Positions 10,440 through 21,000 of a DNA stretch of 64,000 bases are shown piece after piece; positions within the stretch are counted from its first letter, which is position 1; each line of letters opens with the position of its first letter. The notes beneath the pieces are model-generated. The model made no database searches. It saw only the letters and a program-made list of their open reading frames with translations, and was not told the DNA's origin. The position numbers and the translations under genes were made by a program. The stretch is taken from NCBI GenBank assembly GCA_013166835.1, contig JABLTI010000015.1, positions 1-64,000 on the forward strand. The letters are read 5' to 3'. The DNA comes from Promethearchaeati archaeon. GTDB lineage: Archaea > Asgardarchaeota > Heimdallarchaeia > JABLTI01.

Positions 10440-10527
10440 GGAGAAACTAACTCCTTTCTTTTTTTCTTTTAAGATTATTACTAAATTAAATAAGGACAAA
10501 ATACAACTTAACTCAAGGGTAAAGAAA

Positions 10528-10854
10528 ATGGCTCGTAAAAAATACAAAATCGAATTAGAGATTTACGAAAGTGGTTGTCCGTATCATAAAATTGGAGATA
10601 AATTTTCAATTCCTCAAGATAAAGGAAAAATCTGCTCGTGGCTCTATGACAGTGCTAATACAATGATTAGAATTCTCGAGTATGATGGAAAACTGCCTTG
10701 GGGATATCAAGGAACGCCATACGAGAAAATCATAAATAAAGATGGGGTAACTACAGAATTTGTTAGATGTCCAGATCCGACCTCAGCGGGAGTAGTTTTA
10801 AAAATAACAAGAACTAAACTACCGAAGGATCAAATAAAAACATTTGTACCATAA
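10528..10854 (+). CDS. TIGR04076-like small Cys protein
   Basis: CPYHKIGDKF...ICSW...RCPDP...VVLKITR pattern. Confidence 0.75.
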   Translation: MARKKYKIELEIYESGCPYHKIGDKFSIPQDKGKICSWLYDSANTMIRILEYDGKLPWGYQGTPYEKIINKDGVTTEFVRCPDPTSAGVVLKITRTKLPKDQIKTFVP

Positions 10855-10882
10855 CAGACGAATGATTTGTAGTTGAAGCAAA

Positions 10883-11656
10883 ATGGCTGAACCAGAAAAA
10901 GACTATGAAATGCTCAATATTGAAGGCGTGTACGCAATTCTTAATGGAGAACTAGAGAAAGCAATAAAGCTCTTTGAAGAAGCAATAAAAATGGAAGAGA
11001 ATTGCTTTGAAAGCTTATGCAATTTAGGAAAAACCTATCTCCTCAAGGAAGAATATGAGAAAGCTATTGAGTACTTTGGGAAGTCTCTGGAGAAGAATCC
11101 TCAATTCGTAGAAACACTTCATAATCTAGGAGTAACCTATTCGCGAATGAGGGATCTAGATAAAGCAATAAATTATTATCAAAAAGTGGTTGAGATAAAC
11201 GAAAAATACTTCGAGAGCTGGTACAACCTTGGAAATAGTTACTACGAAAAAGGGGAACTGCAAGAAGCAATAAAGTACTACAGAAAAGCAGTGAAAGCAA
11301 ATCCGAATTTCGCAGACGCATACTTCAATTTAGGAAATACCTACAGAGAATTGCAACAATACGACCTAGCGAAATCAGCCTATAGAGAGATCTTAAAACT
11401 AAGACAAGACGATGCCGCAGTATATTACAACCTAGGATATGTTTTGCAAATAACAGATGACCTTGAAGGAGCAATAAAGAATTACCTCTTAGCAATAAGA
11501 CTAGATGAAAAATACCTGAAAGCGATGATTAATCTAGGATTAGCCTACCAAAGCAAAGGAGACATAACAGAGGCAAAAGAGTGGTTTGAAAAAACATTGA
11601 AGATTCATCCAGAACTAGAAATAGCAAAAAACAAACTGCAAGAATTAAAAGAATAA
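10883..11656 (+). CDS. tetratricopeptide repeat protein
   Basis: About seven 34-aa repeats of the form NLG..Y...G....A...Y.KA...NP. Confidence 0.92.
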   Translation: MAEPEKDYEMLNIEGVYAILNGELEKAIKLFEEAIKMEENCFESLCNLGKTYLLKEEYEKAIEYFGKSLEKNPQFVETLHNLGVTYSRMRDLDKAINYYQKVVEINEKYFESWYNLGNSYYEKGELQEAIKYYRKAVKANPNFADAYFNLGNTYRELQQYDLAKSAYREILKLRQDDAAVYYNLGYVLQITDDLEGAIKNYLLAIRLDEKYLKAMINLGLAYQSKGDITEAKEWFEKTLKIHPELEIAKNKLQELKE

Positions 11657-11794
11657 ATTCGACTTTTAAACAAACAAAAATATCCAGAAAAAGAGTTTTC
11701 AATAGAGGTTTATCCAAACCTCAGTTCATTTATAAGTATTTAAATAAAATTTGGTGAGTTAGCATCGAATATATGAGCTACAACTCAAAAGACC

Positions 11795-11861
11795 TAGATT
11801 TATTACAGGGTGCAAAATCCAGATAAGAACACCGCTCATTTTTCTGCACCCTATAAATCTA
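11795..11861. repeat. imperfect inverted repeat (hairpin)
   Basis: TAGATTTAT(TAC)AGGGTGCA ... TGCACCCTATAAATCTA. Confidence 0.7.
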
Positions 11862-11950
11862 TATTTTAAATAAATAAACACTCAGTTTATCTGCCAAAAA
11901 AGTAAAAAGGAAAAAATAGATAGAATTCTTAGTTCTAAAAGGTGCAAATT

Positions 11951-12613
11951 ATGAAAGTAAATTGGATTGGTCACTCAGGAGTTATAATCGAAGATCAAGG
12001 AAAGACAATTTTGATAGATCCCTGGATAACAGGGAACCCTGTAGCAAAAATAAAAGTAGAGGATATTAAGAAAGCAGATGTGGTATTTGTTAGTCACGGT
12101 CACGGTGATCATGGCTTTGATGATGCTGTTCTTATCTGTAAGAATACTGGAGCTACTTTTGTTGGTATTTTTGAGCTTGCAAATGAAGCCAAAGGTAAAG
12201 GTGTTGAAACAGTCATTGGAGGAAATGTTGGCGGTACCGCTAAAGCTGCTGATATTGAATTTGTCTATACAACTGCTACCCATAGTACTACTGTTGGTGT
12301 AGCGGTAGGTTTCGTTATCAAGCTTCCTTCCTACACAATCTTCCATCCCGGGGATACAGGACTATTCATGGATATGAAGTTATTAGGTGAATTATACGAT
12401 ATCGATTTAGCTTTTCTTCCGATTGGTTCCTTATATACCATGGGTCCATTAGAAGCTGCTAAAGCTCTCGAGCTTCTTAGTTGTCAAAAAGTAGTTCCTA
12501 TTCATTACATGACTTTCCCAGTTTTAGTTCAAGATGCAGAAGAATTCAAGAAAATTGCGGGTCCAATGGTGGATGTTATTGCTCTTGAACCAGGCGAAGA
12601 AATAGAAATTTAA
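11951..12613 (+). CDS. metallo-beta-lactamase-fold hydrolase (UPF0173)
   Basis: WIGHS, IDPW, SHGHGDH, HPGDT, PIG and PIHY motifs; ATG at 11951 preferred. Confidence 0.9.
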   Translation: MKVNWIGHSGVIIEDQGKTILIDPWITGNPVAKIKVEDIKKADVVFVSHGHGDHGFDDAVLICKNTGATFVGIFELANEAKGKGVETVIGGNVGGTAKAADIEFVYTTATHSTTVGVAVGFVIKLPSYTIFHPGDTGLFMDMKLLGELYDIDLAFLPIGSLYTMGPLEAAKALELLSCQKVVPIHYMTFPVLVQDAEEFKKIAGPMVDVIALEPGEEIEI

Positions 12614-12643
12614 TTGATTTCGCTTTCTTCCTTTTTCTTTTCT

Positions 12644-12832
12644 TTATTGGCCAGCGAATCCAACAATATATCCGCAATCTACACAATAAGCTATAGCATA
12701 TGGCGTTCGTAATAGTACTCTGCCAATTTTAGGGTCTTCTTTTCCTTTCCTTAAGTTTTCTTCACTCATGATGAATTTGTATGTAAACTCGTTTCCTCCG
12801 CACTCTGGGCATTTTGGTTCTGCAATTTTCAT
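12644..12832 (-). CDS. small zinc-ribbon protein
   Basis: CPECG ... CVDCG; GGTGA SD-like motif upstream. Confidence 0.7.
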   Translation of the reverse strand: MKIAEPKCPECGGNEFTYKFIMSEENLRKGKEDPKIGRVLLRTPYAIAYCVDCGYIVGFAGQ

Positions 12833-12979
12833 TTTGTCACCTACTATTTTTCCTTCTATACTTTCTCTTCTCTTTCATTTTATTTTTTCTATCTTTACAT
12901 TGAGATAATAGTTAAAAAGGGTTAAGTTTAAAATTTCTACATCAGTTTTCCTTACTAATAGTTCAAAGAGGGACAATAA

Positions 12980-14236
12980 TTGAAGTGCTGTTACGATCCA
13001 GAAATTGAAGCTGATGGAGCATGTGTGAATTGCCGAGCTCCTTTATGCAAAACTTGTCATACAGAAGCTGATCTAGCTGACGGTCTTTGTATTGCTTGTA
13101 GTCGACAAAAGAAATCCTTTCGTTTCTATGGGTATTTCAGAATAGGTATGTGCAGTCTTGGTATGGTTTGGCTTGCGCTTGCCTTTTTGGTTGTATTCCC
13201 TGGGGACATGCAAAGCGGTTTTACTTATGGTCTCCTAGGTTTATTAGGTGCGTTCGCTCTTAACACCGTTGGAGCTCAAGTAATTCAACGTAGTACTTTG
13301 TGGGGTCTCAAACCGGAAACAAGAGTCTTTGTGAGTCTTCATCGTTATTCAATCACTGGAAATAAAATGTATTTCAATCAAGCATTAAGAGCTATGAAAA
13401 AAATTGAAGACATAACTCCATTTAAAGATGCACTTTTTGATCAAATAGTTTCCATTCTTATTAACTTGCCTTTTGATTTACCCTCTGATTGGGTTGAGTA
13501 TCTTTGCGAAAACTTCAACATGACTGAAGAGGAACTTCTCGGCGGTATCATGGAATTCGGGATAGATGTTTTTGAGGATAACATTTTCAATCATCATGTC
13601 TATCAAGCAATTGAACCTTACATCGAAATTCTTAAACGAACAGATAATGAGAAACTGTATCATGAATTGATTGATAAGATTCTTACTCGATTAAATACCA
13701 TTGATTTCAAAGCGGTTAATCGTCCTCCTGTTTATACTGTTCCCGGAATGCAACAACAGCAACCAGCTCAACAAGAAAATCCAAATGTTATTCGTGATCG
13801 TGCGTTTTTAACCGAACTAAAAATGATTGATGCTGAATTAGAAGATTTTTTGACAAGAACTAAGCGAAAAAGTGATTGGAAAGCAATTTCAGATATCATT
13901 GACAATTATCAGTTACCAAAAGTTCCCAAAAGCACCTTTGAAGCGGCTAAAGCAATGGCTGCTCAAACCCAACAACAACTCAAAGGACCTGATGGTGTTG
14001 CAGGAACTAAAGATGATTTAGGTGATCCGAGTAAAGTGAAAATTTGTGCGGAATGTGGTATTTCTTTCTCAGAGGTGCAACTCTCAACTTATGTTTTCAG
14101 AGACATTTCAGTTAATGTTTGCTCTGAGTGTTTATCTACTTTAGAGAAAGATGGTCATCGAGAGCCACGATTATTAGCTAGTATTCGTAAACCTAAAGAA
14201 TACAAGAAATTAGTAGATGAATCTGAAGAAGATTAA
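12980..14236 (+). CDS. membrane protein with N-terminal B-box-like zinc finger and C-terminal CxxC-CxxC finger
   Basis: CCYDP...CVNC...LCKTC...CIAC, two TM helices, C-terminal CAEC...CSEC. Confidence 0.7.
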   Translation: MKCCYDPEIEADGACVNCRAPLCKTCHTEADLADGLCIACSRQKKSFRFYGYFRIGMCSLGMVWLALAFLVVFPGDMQSGFTYGLLGLLGAFALNTVGAQVIQRSTLWGLKPETRVFVSLHRYSITGNKMYFNQALRAMKKIEDITPFKDALFDQIVSILINLPFDLPSDWVEYLCENFNMTEEELLGGIMEFGIDVFEDNIFNHHVYQAIEPYIEILKRTDNEKLYHELIDKILTRLNTIDFKAVNRPPVYTVPGMQQQQPAQQENPNVIRDRAFLTELKMIDAELEDFLTRTKRKSDWKAISDIIDNYQLPKVPKSTFEAAKAMAAQTQQQLKGPDGVAGTKDDLGDPSKVKICAECGISFSEVQLSTYVFRDISVNVCSECLSTLEKDGHREPRLLASIRKPKEYKKLVDESEED

Positions 14237-14499
14237 GACTAGTTCTTACTTTCCTTCTTTTTCTTTTCATTTTTCCTCTCCTATTTTTCCCATTTTTAAT
14301 TCGAGGTTCAGAGTTATTAGATTAATCGAATTTTGCATTAAAAATCGCAAAAAAACTGTGAATTTCGAAAATTACTTTACAAGTAAAATAAAAGAATCTT
14401 TTTTAATTGGTTTGACAATTAGAGTGTATCAGAAATATTTTTACATTAAAACCTAACATCTTATTGTTTAGCTACTAATTTATTTGTGAGTGGAAGATT

Positions 14500-17445
14500 A
14501 TGAAACGTGGAAAAATCCTCTCGATTTGTCTATTATCACTATTTATTTTCTCAGCTGCAATACCATTTGTATTATCAAAAGCGGATTTTACAAATGTTAC
14601 AGTTCCGGAAACGCTAATCTATAAAAAAACAACTTATGATTTAAATGGCGATAAAATTGATGATAAACTATTGAGAGATGTCAAAAGGAGTAGAAGTATG
14701 TTTATGGAAGCTATCTTGCTCTACGAACATGAGATATCTTCAAGAGATAGAAATCGATTAGATCAATTAGGCGTTATACATTCTGAAGAAACTTGGGATC
14801 TAGGAAGAAGAGTGGTAATCTCTGCAAATAAAGATAGACTTGACTTGATTGCTGGTCTACCAGGTGTTTCTTTAGTAACTACAGCTGAATTAAGATATAT
14901 TATGATTGCCATAAAGGGTGAGGATTTCTCCGATTTATCTGCTTTAGAAAAATATGACGGATCGGAAATTTTTTGGGGTGTTGGTTGCGCATTAGTTCCT
15001 CATTATTCTGGTGTTGAAACTGATATAGCGCGATTAGGAGATTATACTGTAATTTCTGATACAACAGATATCAAACTATATCCAGACGTAATAAAGGAAG
15101 ATAATATTATTTTAAACCCAGATTCACAAATATCAGCTGATGCAATTAATGCTTCAGTAATGTGGTCCTTAGGTTATGATGGGACTGGAATAAAAGTAGG
15201 TGTAATAGATACTGGGATTAATGCTGTTCATCCTGCTTTTGAAGGCAGAGTAGATGATGCTTTAAGTTTTGTTTCAACAATTTATGGTTATGATTATAAT
15301 GATCCAACAACAACAGATCCAAATGGTCATGGTTCTCATACTTCTGGAATTGTTGGTGCAGGTGATACAGCTGTTACCAGAGTTGGGATAGCTAAAAATT
15401 GTAGTATTTATCATGCAAAAATTGGTTCACCAGCTCCTTTACCATCAATAATAGCTGGCCTTGATTGGTTAGTAAACACAAGTAATGTAGATGTAATTAA
15501 TTTTAGTTTTGGTGGCGGTGATGGTGTAGGTCTTGATCCGCTTGAAATTGCATTTTACAACGCAGTTCATATTAAAGGAGTGGTCTGTGCAACTTCTGCA
15601 GGTAATGAGGGTAATCAAGGGTTCTATACAGTTGGTTCCCCAGCTACAGATGATATAATTCATGTTGGTGGGGTTGTTGCTACTGGTGGACCTCCAAGTA
15701 TTATATCTTATAGTTCACGTGGTCCTACTGCTGATGATCATATGAAACCCGATGTATTAGCACCAGGTTATTTGATTGATTCATGTGATAATATAGGTAC
15801 AGGTTATGTTACAATGAGTGGTACTTCTATGGCTTCACCTCACGTTGCAGGAGCAGCAGCGTTACTTATTGATGCTTGTATAGCAAATGGTTATGCAGTA
15901 AATCCTGGTTTGGTAAAAGCTGCTTTGATGAAGACCGCTACACCACTTGGTTCTGTTCACATATTAACTCAAGCTAGAGGTGTTATCAACGTTGGTGCTG
16001 CTTGGCATTATATTAAAACTGCTATCACTGATAATGGGATCAAAGTCGTTGGTGCTTGTAATCCAGTACAACAACCACTACCTTGGTGGTCAACAATGTT
16101 ACAAGGGCAAGTAACTGAACAATACTTAACTTGTATTTCTGCTCACAAAACTGATCTTTCTTTAGAATTGAGTGGAGATGTAGCATCTTTTGTCACAATT
16201 GGATCATTCAGTAATCAATGGACAAATGTTGTGAAGGTTACCTATGACGTTCCAATTGACGCAACTATAGGATCTTATACAGGGACATTGACTTTCAAAT
16301 ATTTGACAAACGTACTTGATACTGTAGATATTGTTCTGACGGTAACTGAGAGTAATGGTCACAATATGCTTCTAAACTTTAAAACTACAGATTATAGTAT
16401 TGATCACATGTATGGTCAATATGCGATTTTCACTCAAGATATCTTAACGAATGATTATGTAATAAGCGAACAACTTGCTGATTTAGATTCCGGAATAATA
16501 GAAAATTATGATTGTATCTGGTTACCAGATCCATTTGATTTAGTTTATCCGAATTCTTATGAAGGAGATTACAATATTGTTGAGACTTATAATGAATGGA
16601 CAGCGAGTGAAAAAACAGCTTTAACTAACTATGTAGCATTAGGGGGTTCTGTTTTCCTTTGTTTCCTTGGTTATAGTGAAACAGATGTTGATGGGTGGGG
16701 ACCAGTTTTACATGGTACAAATGTCTCTGCTATCAATGACTGGACTAACCAATATGGAATAAATATTAGCGATTCCTTATGGACAGGTTCTTATCCAATT
16801 ACAGTGGATACAACAGAATCACATGCATTATCAATTGGAGTTGAAAGCATTGATCATTGGGGTACTTCAATTGAAGTATCAGGTAATGCTGTTCAAATTA
16901 CAGAATTAACTCCTGGTTCACAATATGCTACTTGCGCTACTTACCAACATGAAAGCGGTGGAAGAGTTATTGTCTTGACTACAAACTTCTGTCTAGATAC
17001 TTCTGGCTATATAAACGATTATAATACTGGTACACAAAACGATCAATTTGGTCAAAATCTAGTTAGATGGGCAACAGCTCACTCAAGGATGTCTAGAAAC
17101 ACTATATCATTTACTGACCAATATGCAATATTACGCTACGATTTTATTTCAGGAACTGAAACTTTTGGTGGATATGTTATAGACCCAGATGATAATCAAG
17201 AGGATTTGGTTTGGACAGAAATTGCTCCTGATACTTGGGAAGTAAATTACGAAATGACTAGCGAAGGAATTTATGAATTCTATCCCGAGTGTGGTGAAGT
17301 TGGTTTAGATGATTACGACTACATTAAATACCTAAACGGAGAACTCCTCTCATCAACAAATGGAATTTCAATTATCGTTGTAGCAATAATCTCTGGTTTT
17401 GGTTTAGCTGCATGGACACTTATTCAAAAATTCAGACGAAAATAG
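14500..17445 (+). CDS. secreted, membrane-anchored S8 subtilisin-like serine protease
   Basis: Signal peptide; catalytic triad VIDTG, HGSH and GTSMASP; C-terminal TM plus basic tail. Confidence 0.93.
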   Translation: MKRGKILSICLLSLFIFSAAIPFVLSKADFTNVTVPETLIYKKTTYDLNGDKIDDKLLRDVKRSRSMFMEAILLYEHEISSRDRNRLDQLGVIHSEETWDLGRRVVISANKDRLDLIAGLPGVSLVTTAELRYIMIAIKGEDFSDLSALEKYDGSEIFWGVGCALVPHYSGVETDIARLGDYTVISDTTDIKLYPDVIKEDNIILNPDSQISADAINASVMWSLGYDGTGIKVGVIDTGINAVHPAFEGRVDDALSFVSTIYGYDYNDPTTTDPNGHGSHTSGIVGAGDTAVTRVGIAKNCSIYHAKIGSPAPLPSIIAGLDWLVNTSNVDVINFSFGGGDGVGLDPLEIAFYNAVHIKGVVCATSAGNEGNQGFYTVGSPATDDIIHVGGVVATGGPPSIISYSSRGPTADDHMKPDVLAPGYLIDSCDNIGTGYVTMSGTSMASPHVAGAAALLIDACIANGYAVNPGLVKAALMKTATPLGSVHILTQARGVINVGAAWHYIKTAITDNGIKVVGACNPVQQPLPWWSTMLQGQVTEQYLTCISAHKTDLSLELSGDVASFVTIGSFSNQWTNVVKVTYDVPIDATIGSYTGTLTFKYLTNVLDTVDIVLTVTESNGHNMLLNFKTTDYSIDHMYGQYAIFTQDILTNDYVISEQLADLDSGIIENYDCIWLPDPFDLVYPNSYEGDYNIVETYNEWTASEKTALTNYVALGGSVFLCFLGYSETDVDGWGPVLHGTNVSAINDWTNQYGINISDSLWTGSYPITVDTTESHALSIGVESIDHWGTSIEVSGNAVQITELTPGSQYATCATYQHESGGRVIVLTTNFCLDTSGYINDYNTGTQNDQFGQNLVRWATAHSRMSRNTISFTDQYAILRYDFISGTETFGGYVIDPDDNQEDLVWTEIAPDTWEVNYEMTSEGIYEFYPECGEVGLDDYDYIKYLNGELLSSTNGISIIVVAIISGFGLAAWTLIQKFRRK

Positions 17446-17644
17446 TTTAATTTAAAACTCGAGGACGAAGAATTTACATGATTCTTCGTAAATATTTTCT
17501 TTTTTTTAATTCCTTGATTTTCTTTCAATTTATTTGGAAAATTGCCACAAAAAAAAGCTTTTTACATCAACCGTAGCACTTAATAAAGTTGTATAATAAC
17601 TTTATTCGAATACTATTTAACAAATAATAAGGAGAAAAAAAACG

Positions 17645-18007
17645 ATGTCATTTGAAAACGAAGCTGCACGGTTACAGAAAAATGGGGTTATTGGAGCGCT
17701 TGCTTTAGTTGGAGCTGATGGAAAGGTCTATTGGACAACACAGAACTGGCAAGTTGATGGGGTAACAATAATTGAAGCATGGACTAAAAAAGCTCCCTGG
17801 ATAGTGGTTCAAGGAGTCAAATATTCTACAATTGACATTACAAGTAGTCGTTTGGTTTGTACCAATGTTCAGCAACAAGGTCATATAGTAATCGCAAAAA
17901 CTCCTTTCTGGCAAGGATTTATCATGGCTTGGTGTTCTCCAGCGAATCCTGTACGAATGGCCTATGTTGACATAGCAAAATTAGCTGGTACAGTTAAACC
18001 AGGGTAG
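17645..18007 (+). CDS. profilin (Asgard type)
   Basis: 120 aa; ALVGADGKVYW, IVVQGVKYS, RLVCTN...GHIVIAK and a C-terminal helix match the profilin fold and Asgard profilins. Confidence 0.85.
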   Translation: MSFENEAARLQKNGVIGALALVGADGKVYWTTQNWQVDGVTIIEAWTKKAPWIVVQGVKYSTIDITSSRLVCTNVQQQGHIVIAKTPFWQGFIMAWCSPANPVRMAYVDIAKLAGTVKPG

Positions 18008-18081
18008 TATTATTTGAAATGATTCTCTCACTGAGAATCTTAAAATCTCTTTATTCTTATTAAACAGAATTAGTTGTAAGG

Positions 18082-21000
18082 TTAGTCCGAGAACATATTT
18101 TGAGCTGGGGCATCATGAGTTTTAGTAAAAATCGTTCCCTTTTCTACTACTTGAATAGTTGAGAGATCAAAACCAGTCACATTCATTCTTGAGAGGAGTT
18201 TGCCATAATCAGCAAGTGATTGAACTTTTCTACCAACAATTAATGTTTTCAATATGTTGTGCGAACATAATGAATCCTTGAGATCAACTCCTATTGTTCC
18301 CATAACTGATTGAGAAATATCAGACATTATCTCTTTTTCTACAGTTGCATTTGAAAATAGAACCACAATCTCTCTTGAGAGTTTTTCGCTAACTAATATA
18401 ACTGGGTGATCAGATAAAGATAATCCAAGACAGGTTCCTATATGTCTTCCACTTAAAGTTCTAACTCTTAAACACTCTAAAGGAAATATTTCTGATGGAC
18501 GGAATGTCCGGGAAGAATTTCTAAGTATAACTTTATTTTTAGTTATTTTATCAATGGATCCTCCTGATATAAATATCCTAAATGAATTCAAAATCTCATT
18601 AGGTAAGATGGGGAATCCTCGATTTAAAGAGTAATTAATTAATGTTTTAGGCTTTAATGCTTCGCCTTCAGGAATCTTCAATTGTTTAGCAATTAAGTAC
18701 TTTACCAGCCACATTTTCTCTTTTGTCTTTTCTTCTGTAATATTTAGTCTATTTACTAAGTAATCGATAAGAGTATTATCTGGTTCTTCTTTATCTAAAA
18801 GAAGTAGTTTACCCATTAATGGATGTAAAACAGCTGCAATGACTTTTCCAATTTTAACTCCATGACTCAAATAACAGTATTTTCCTACTGGAGATTTATC
18901 TGCTGTTCCGATTTGCCCATCCCATGGTGCAGTTCTATATGGCTGAGAAGCTAGTATGCTATCTGGACTACAGATAATAGATCCTCTTTTGATTCGAATT
19001 TTATCTACTGGTATGATACCTATTATTTCAGGAACTGGTCTTACCTCACCTTTTGGAAAGTTAACATTTCTGAAGTTTGCAAATTCTTGCAGTCTTGTTA
19101 TATGTAATGCTACATCTTTTTGAACTTGAAGTGATTCCATAACTTCTCGAATAACATAGTTTTTGCGTTTTTCTGCTGATTCAGTTAATTCCTCTGTTAT
19201 CCAGAGGGGTTTTATTTGATCAAATATTTTATCAATTATACTTTGATTTGCTTCTGTTTCTGTTACTAATATGAAACCAAGACGATTATTTCCATAAACG
19301 ACAACTTCTTGTAGATATCCTAAGAATTCTCTTTTGGTATCTTCGAGTAAATTGAAAAGTGCTTTACCAGATAATTTCCACGCTTCTGATGCTGCTTCTA
19401 ACAGTTTAGGAGATACCATTGTTTCCTTCGTTGGTTTAATTAATTGTTCTTCTTCTTTTTCTGGAATTTTTATTTCTTCTTCTACTGCTGCTTCTTGTTG
19501 AACAATTTCGGGAATCGGTTCTGTTTCAGATATAATTTCGTCTGATACAGACAATTCAGGTGGAGGAGGTGGTGGTGGTAGAGTTTGTTGGGGGGGTGGT
19601 GGTGGGGGAAGAACATCTGGTTCTGTAGGAATGGATGGTATTTCAATTACTTGAGCTTCCTTTATCTCAGGAATAATCTCTATATTATCTGTATCTATTT
19701 TAATAAGCTCTTCAGGAGCCATTGGTTCAATTTCAGAAACAATAGTTAGATCTTTAGTTAGTTCAGATAAGCTACCTGAATCATCAATTTGATCTTCAGC
19801 GGAACCGCGACTTGTATCTACTGTTTTTTTGAGATCAGATGATAAACTACTAAACTGAGCTTTTGTTTTGGGAGTTTCTTTCTCGACTTCAACTGATTTT
19901 ACTGTGCTTGTTTCTACTTCGTCTTCTCCGATTAATTTTGATAATAAACCCTCAAAAGATTGAAAGATAATTTGTTCTGTTAAATTATTTAATCTTGCTT
20001 TAGAACCATTTATTTCAAAAGGTAAAGTAAAGTCTTCCATCCCAATAATTTCAAGTTCAACTACTGGTTCATAGACTGGTTGAGGAGTCTCGGGAATTAT
20101 TAATGAATCCGACGGTTGGACCATTTCTTCATCAACAAGCTCAAACTCCTCAATTAAAGAGGAATCTGTTGTGTCTATTAAGAAATAACTGATAGGATCA
20201 TCTATCTGTCTCTCAAATTCTATTGTTTCAATTAAGGAATCAATCGCTTTTTTCTTCTCAACTAATTCTTTAGTTTCTTCCGGAGCAATTTCCAAACCAA
20301 ATTGTTCTGGCATAAATAAATCATGAGAATCATCAATCACTAGTATGTCTTTCTGTAAGAGGTTTAAACAGTTGCAATAATCCTTAATATCTTCTGATAG
20401 AATTTTGATATAATCTTTTAATTCATTAACTGATTGTTGAAAATCTAGTAATGATTTAAAATCAGGCAAACCATTTCTAGCAGTTGAAGTACTAATTTCT
20501 AACTGAGTTGTTTTCACAGTGGCCAACAATTCAGCAATTGCTTTGCGATATTCTTTACGTATCTCAATTTCATGAGTGAGTTCACGTGAGAGTTGCTTCA
20601 ATTCAGCTTCGGTTTCCACTCCATGTCCGTAAGAAAACTTTAGATAATTCTCCAGTGTAAATTTCACTAATTCACCCTTTGATGGGTTTCTCTTCAGATA
20701 TTTTTCTCGAGCACCAAATCTATTTTGTGCTAACCGAAGATCAAATTCAAGTGTTTCAATTTTTATGTTTGCAGTATCCGGATTCACTTTTTTCTCAGCA
20801 ATCAGAATATTTAATTTCTGCATGTTGTGATTTAGATTTCTTATGTTTCTTGCAAGTTCTTGAATTTCTCTTCTTATTTTAAGATGTCTAAAGAATGTTC
20901 GAGGGACATTAAATGTTGGTAATAAATCCTCAATAGAGATTTTGCCAACCAAACTATTTGCACTCAAAGGAATTTCTCTTGCATTTATTGCATCCTTTAA

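Noticed and set aside
10883-11656. Repeated AAC/TAC-rich DNA suggesting a DGR template or foreign DNA
   Set aside because: Explained by TPR periodicity (YNLG); no reverse transcriptase or TR/VR pair seen
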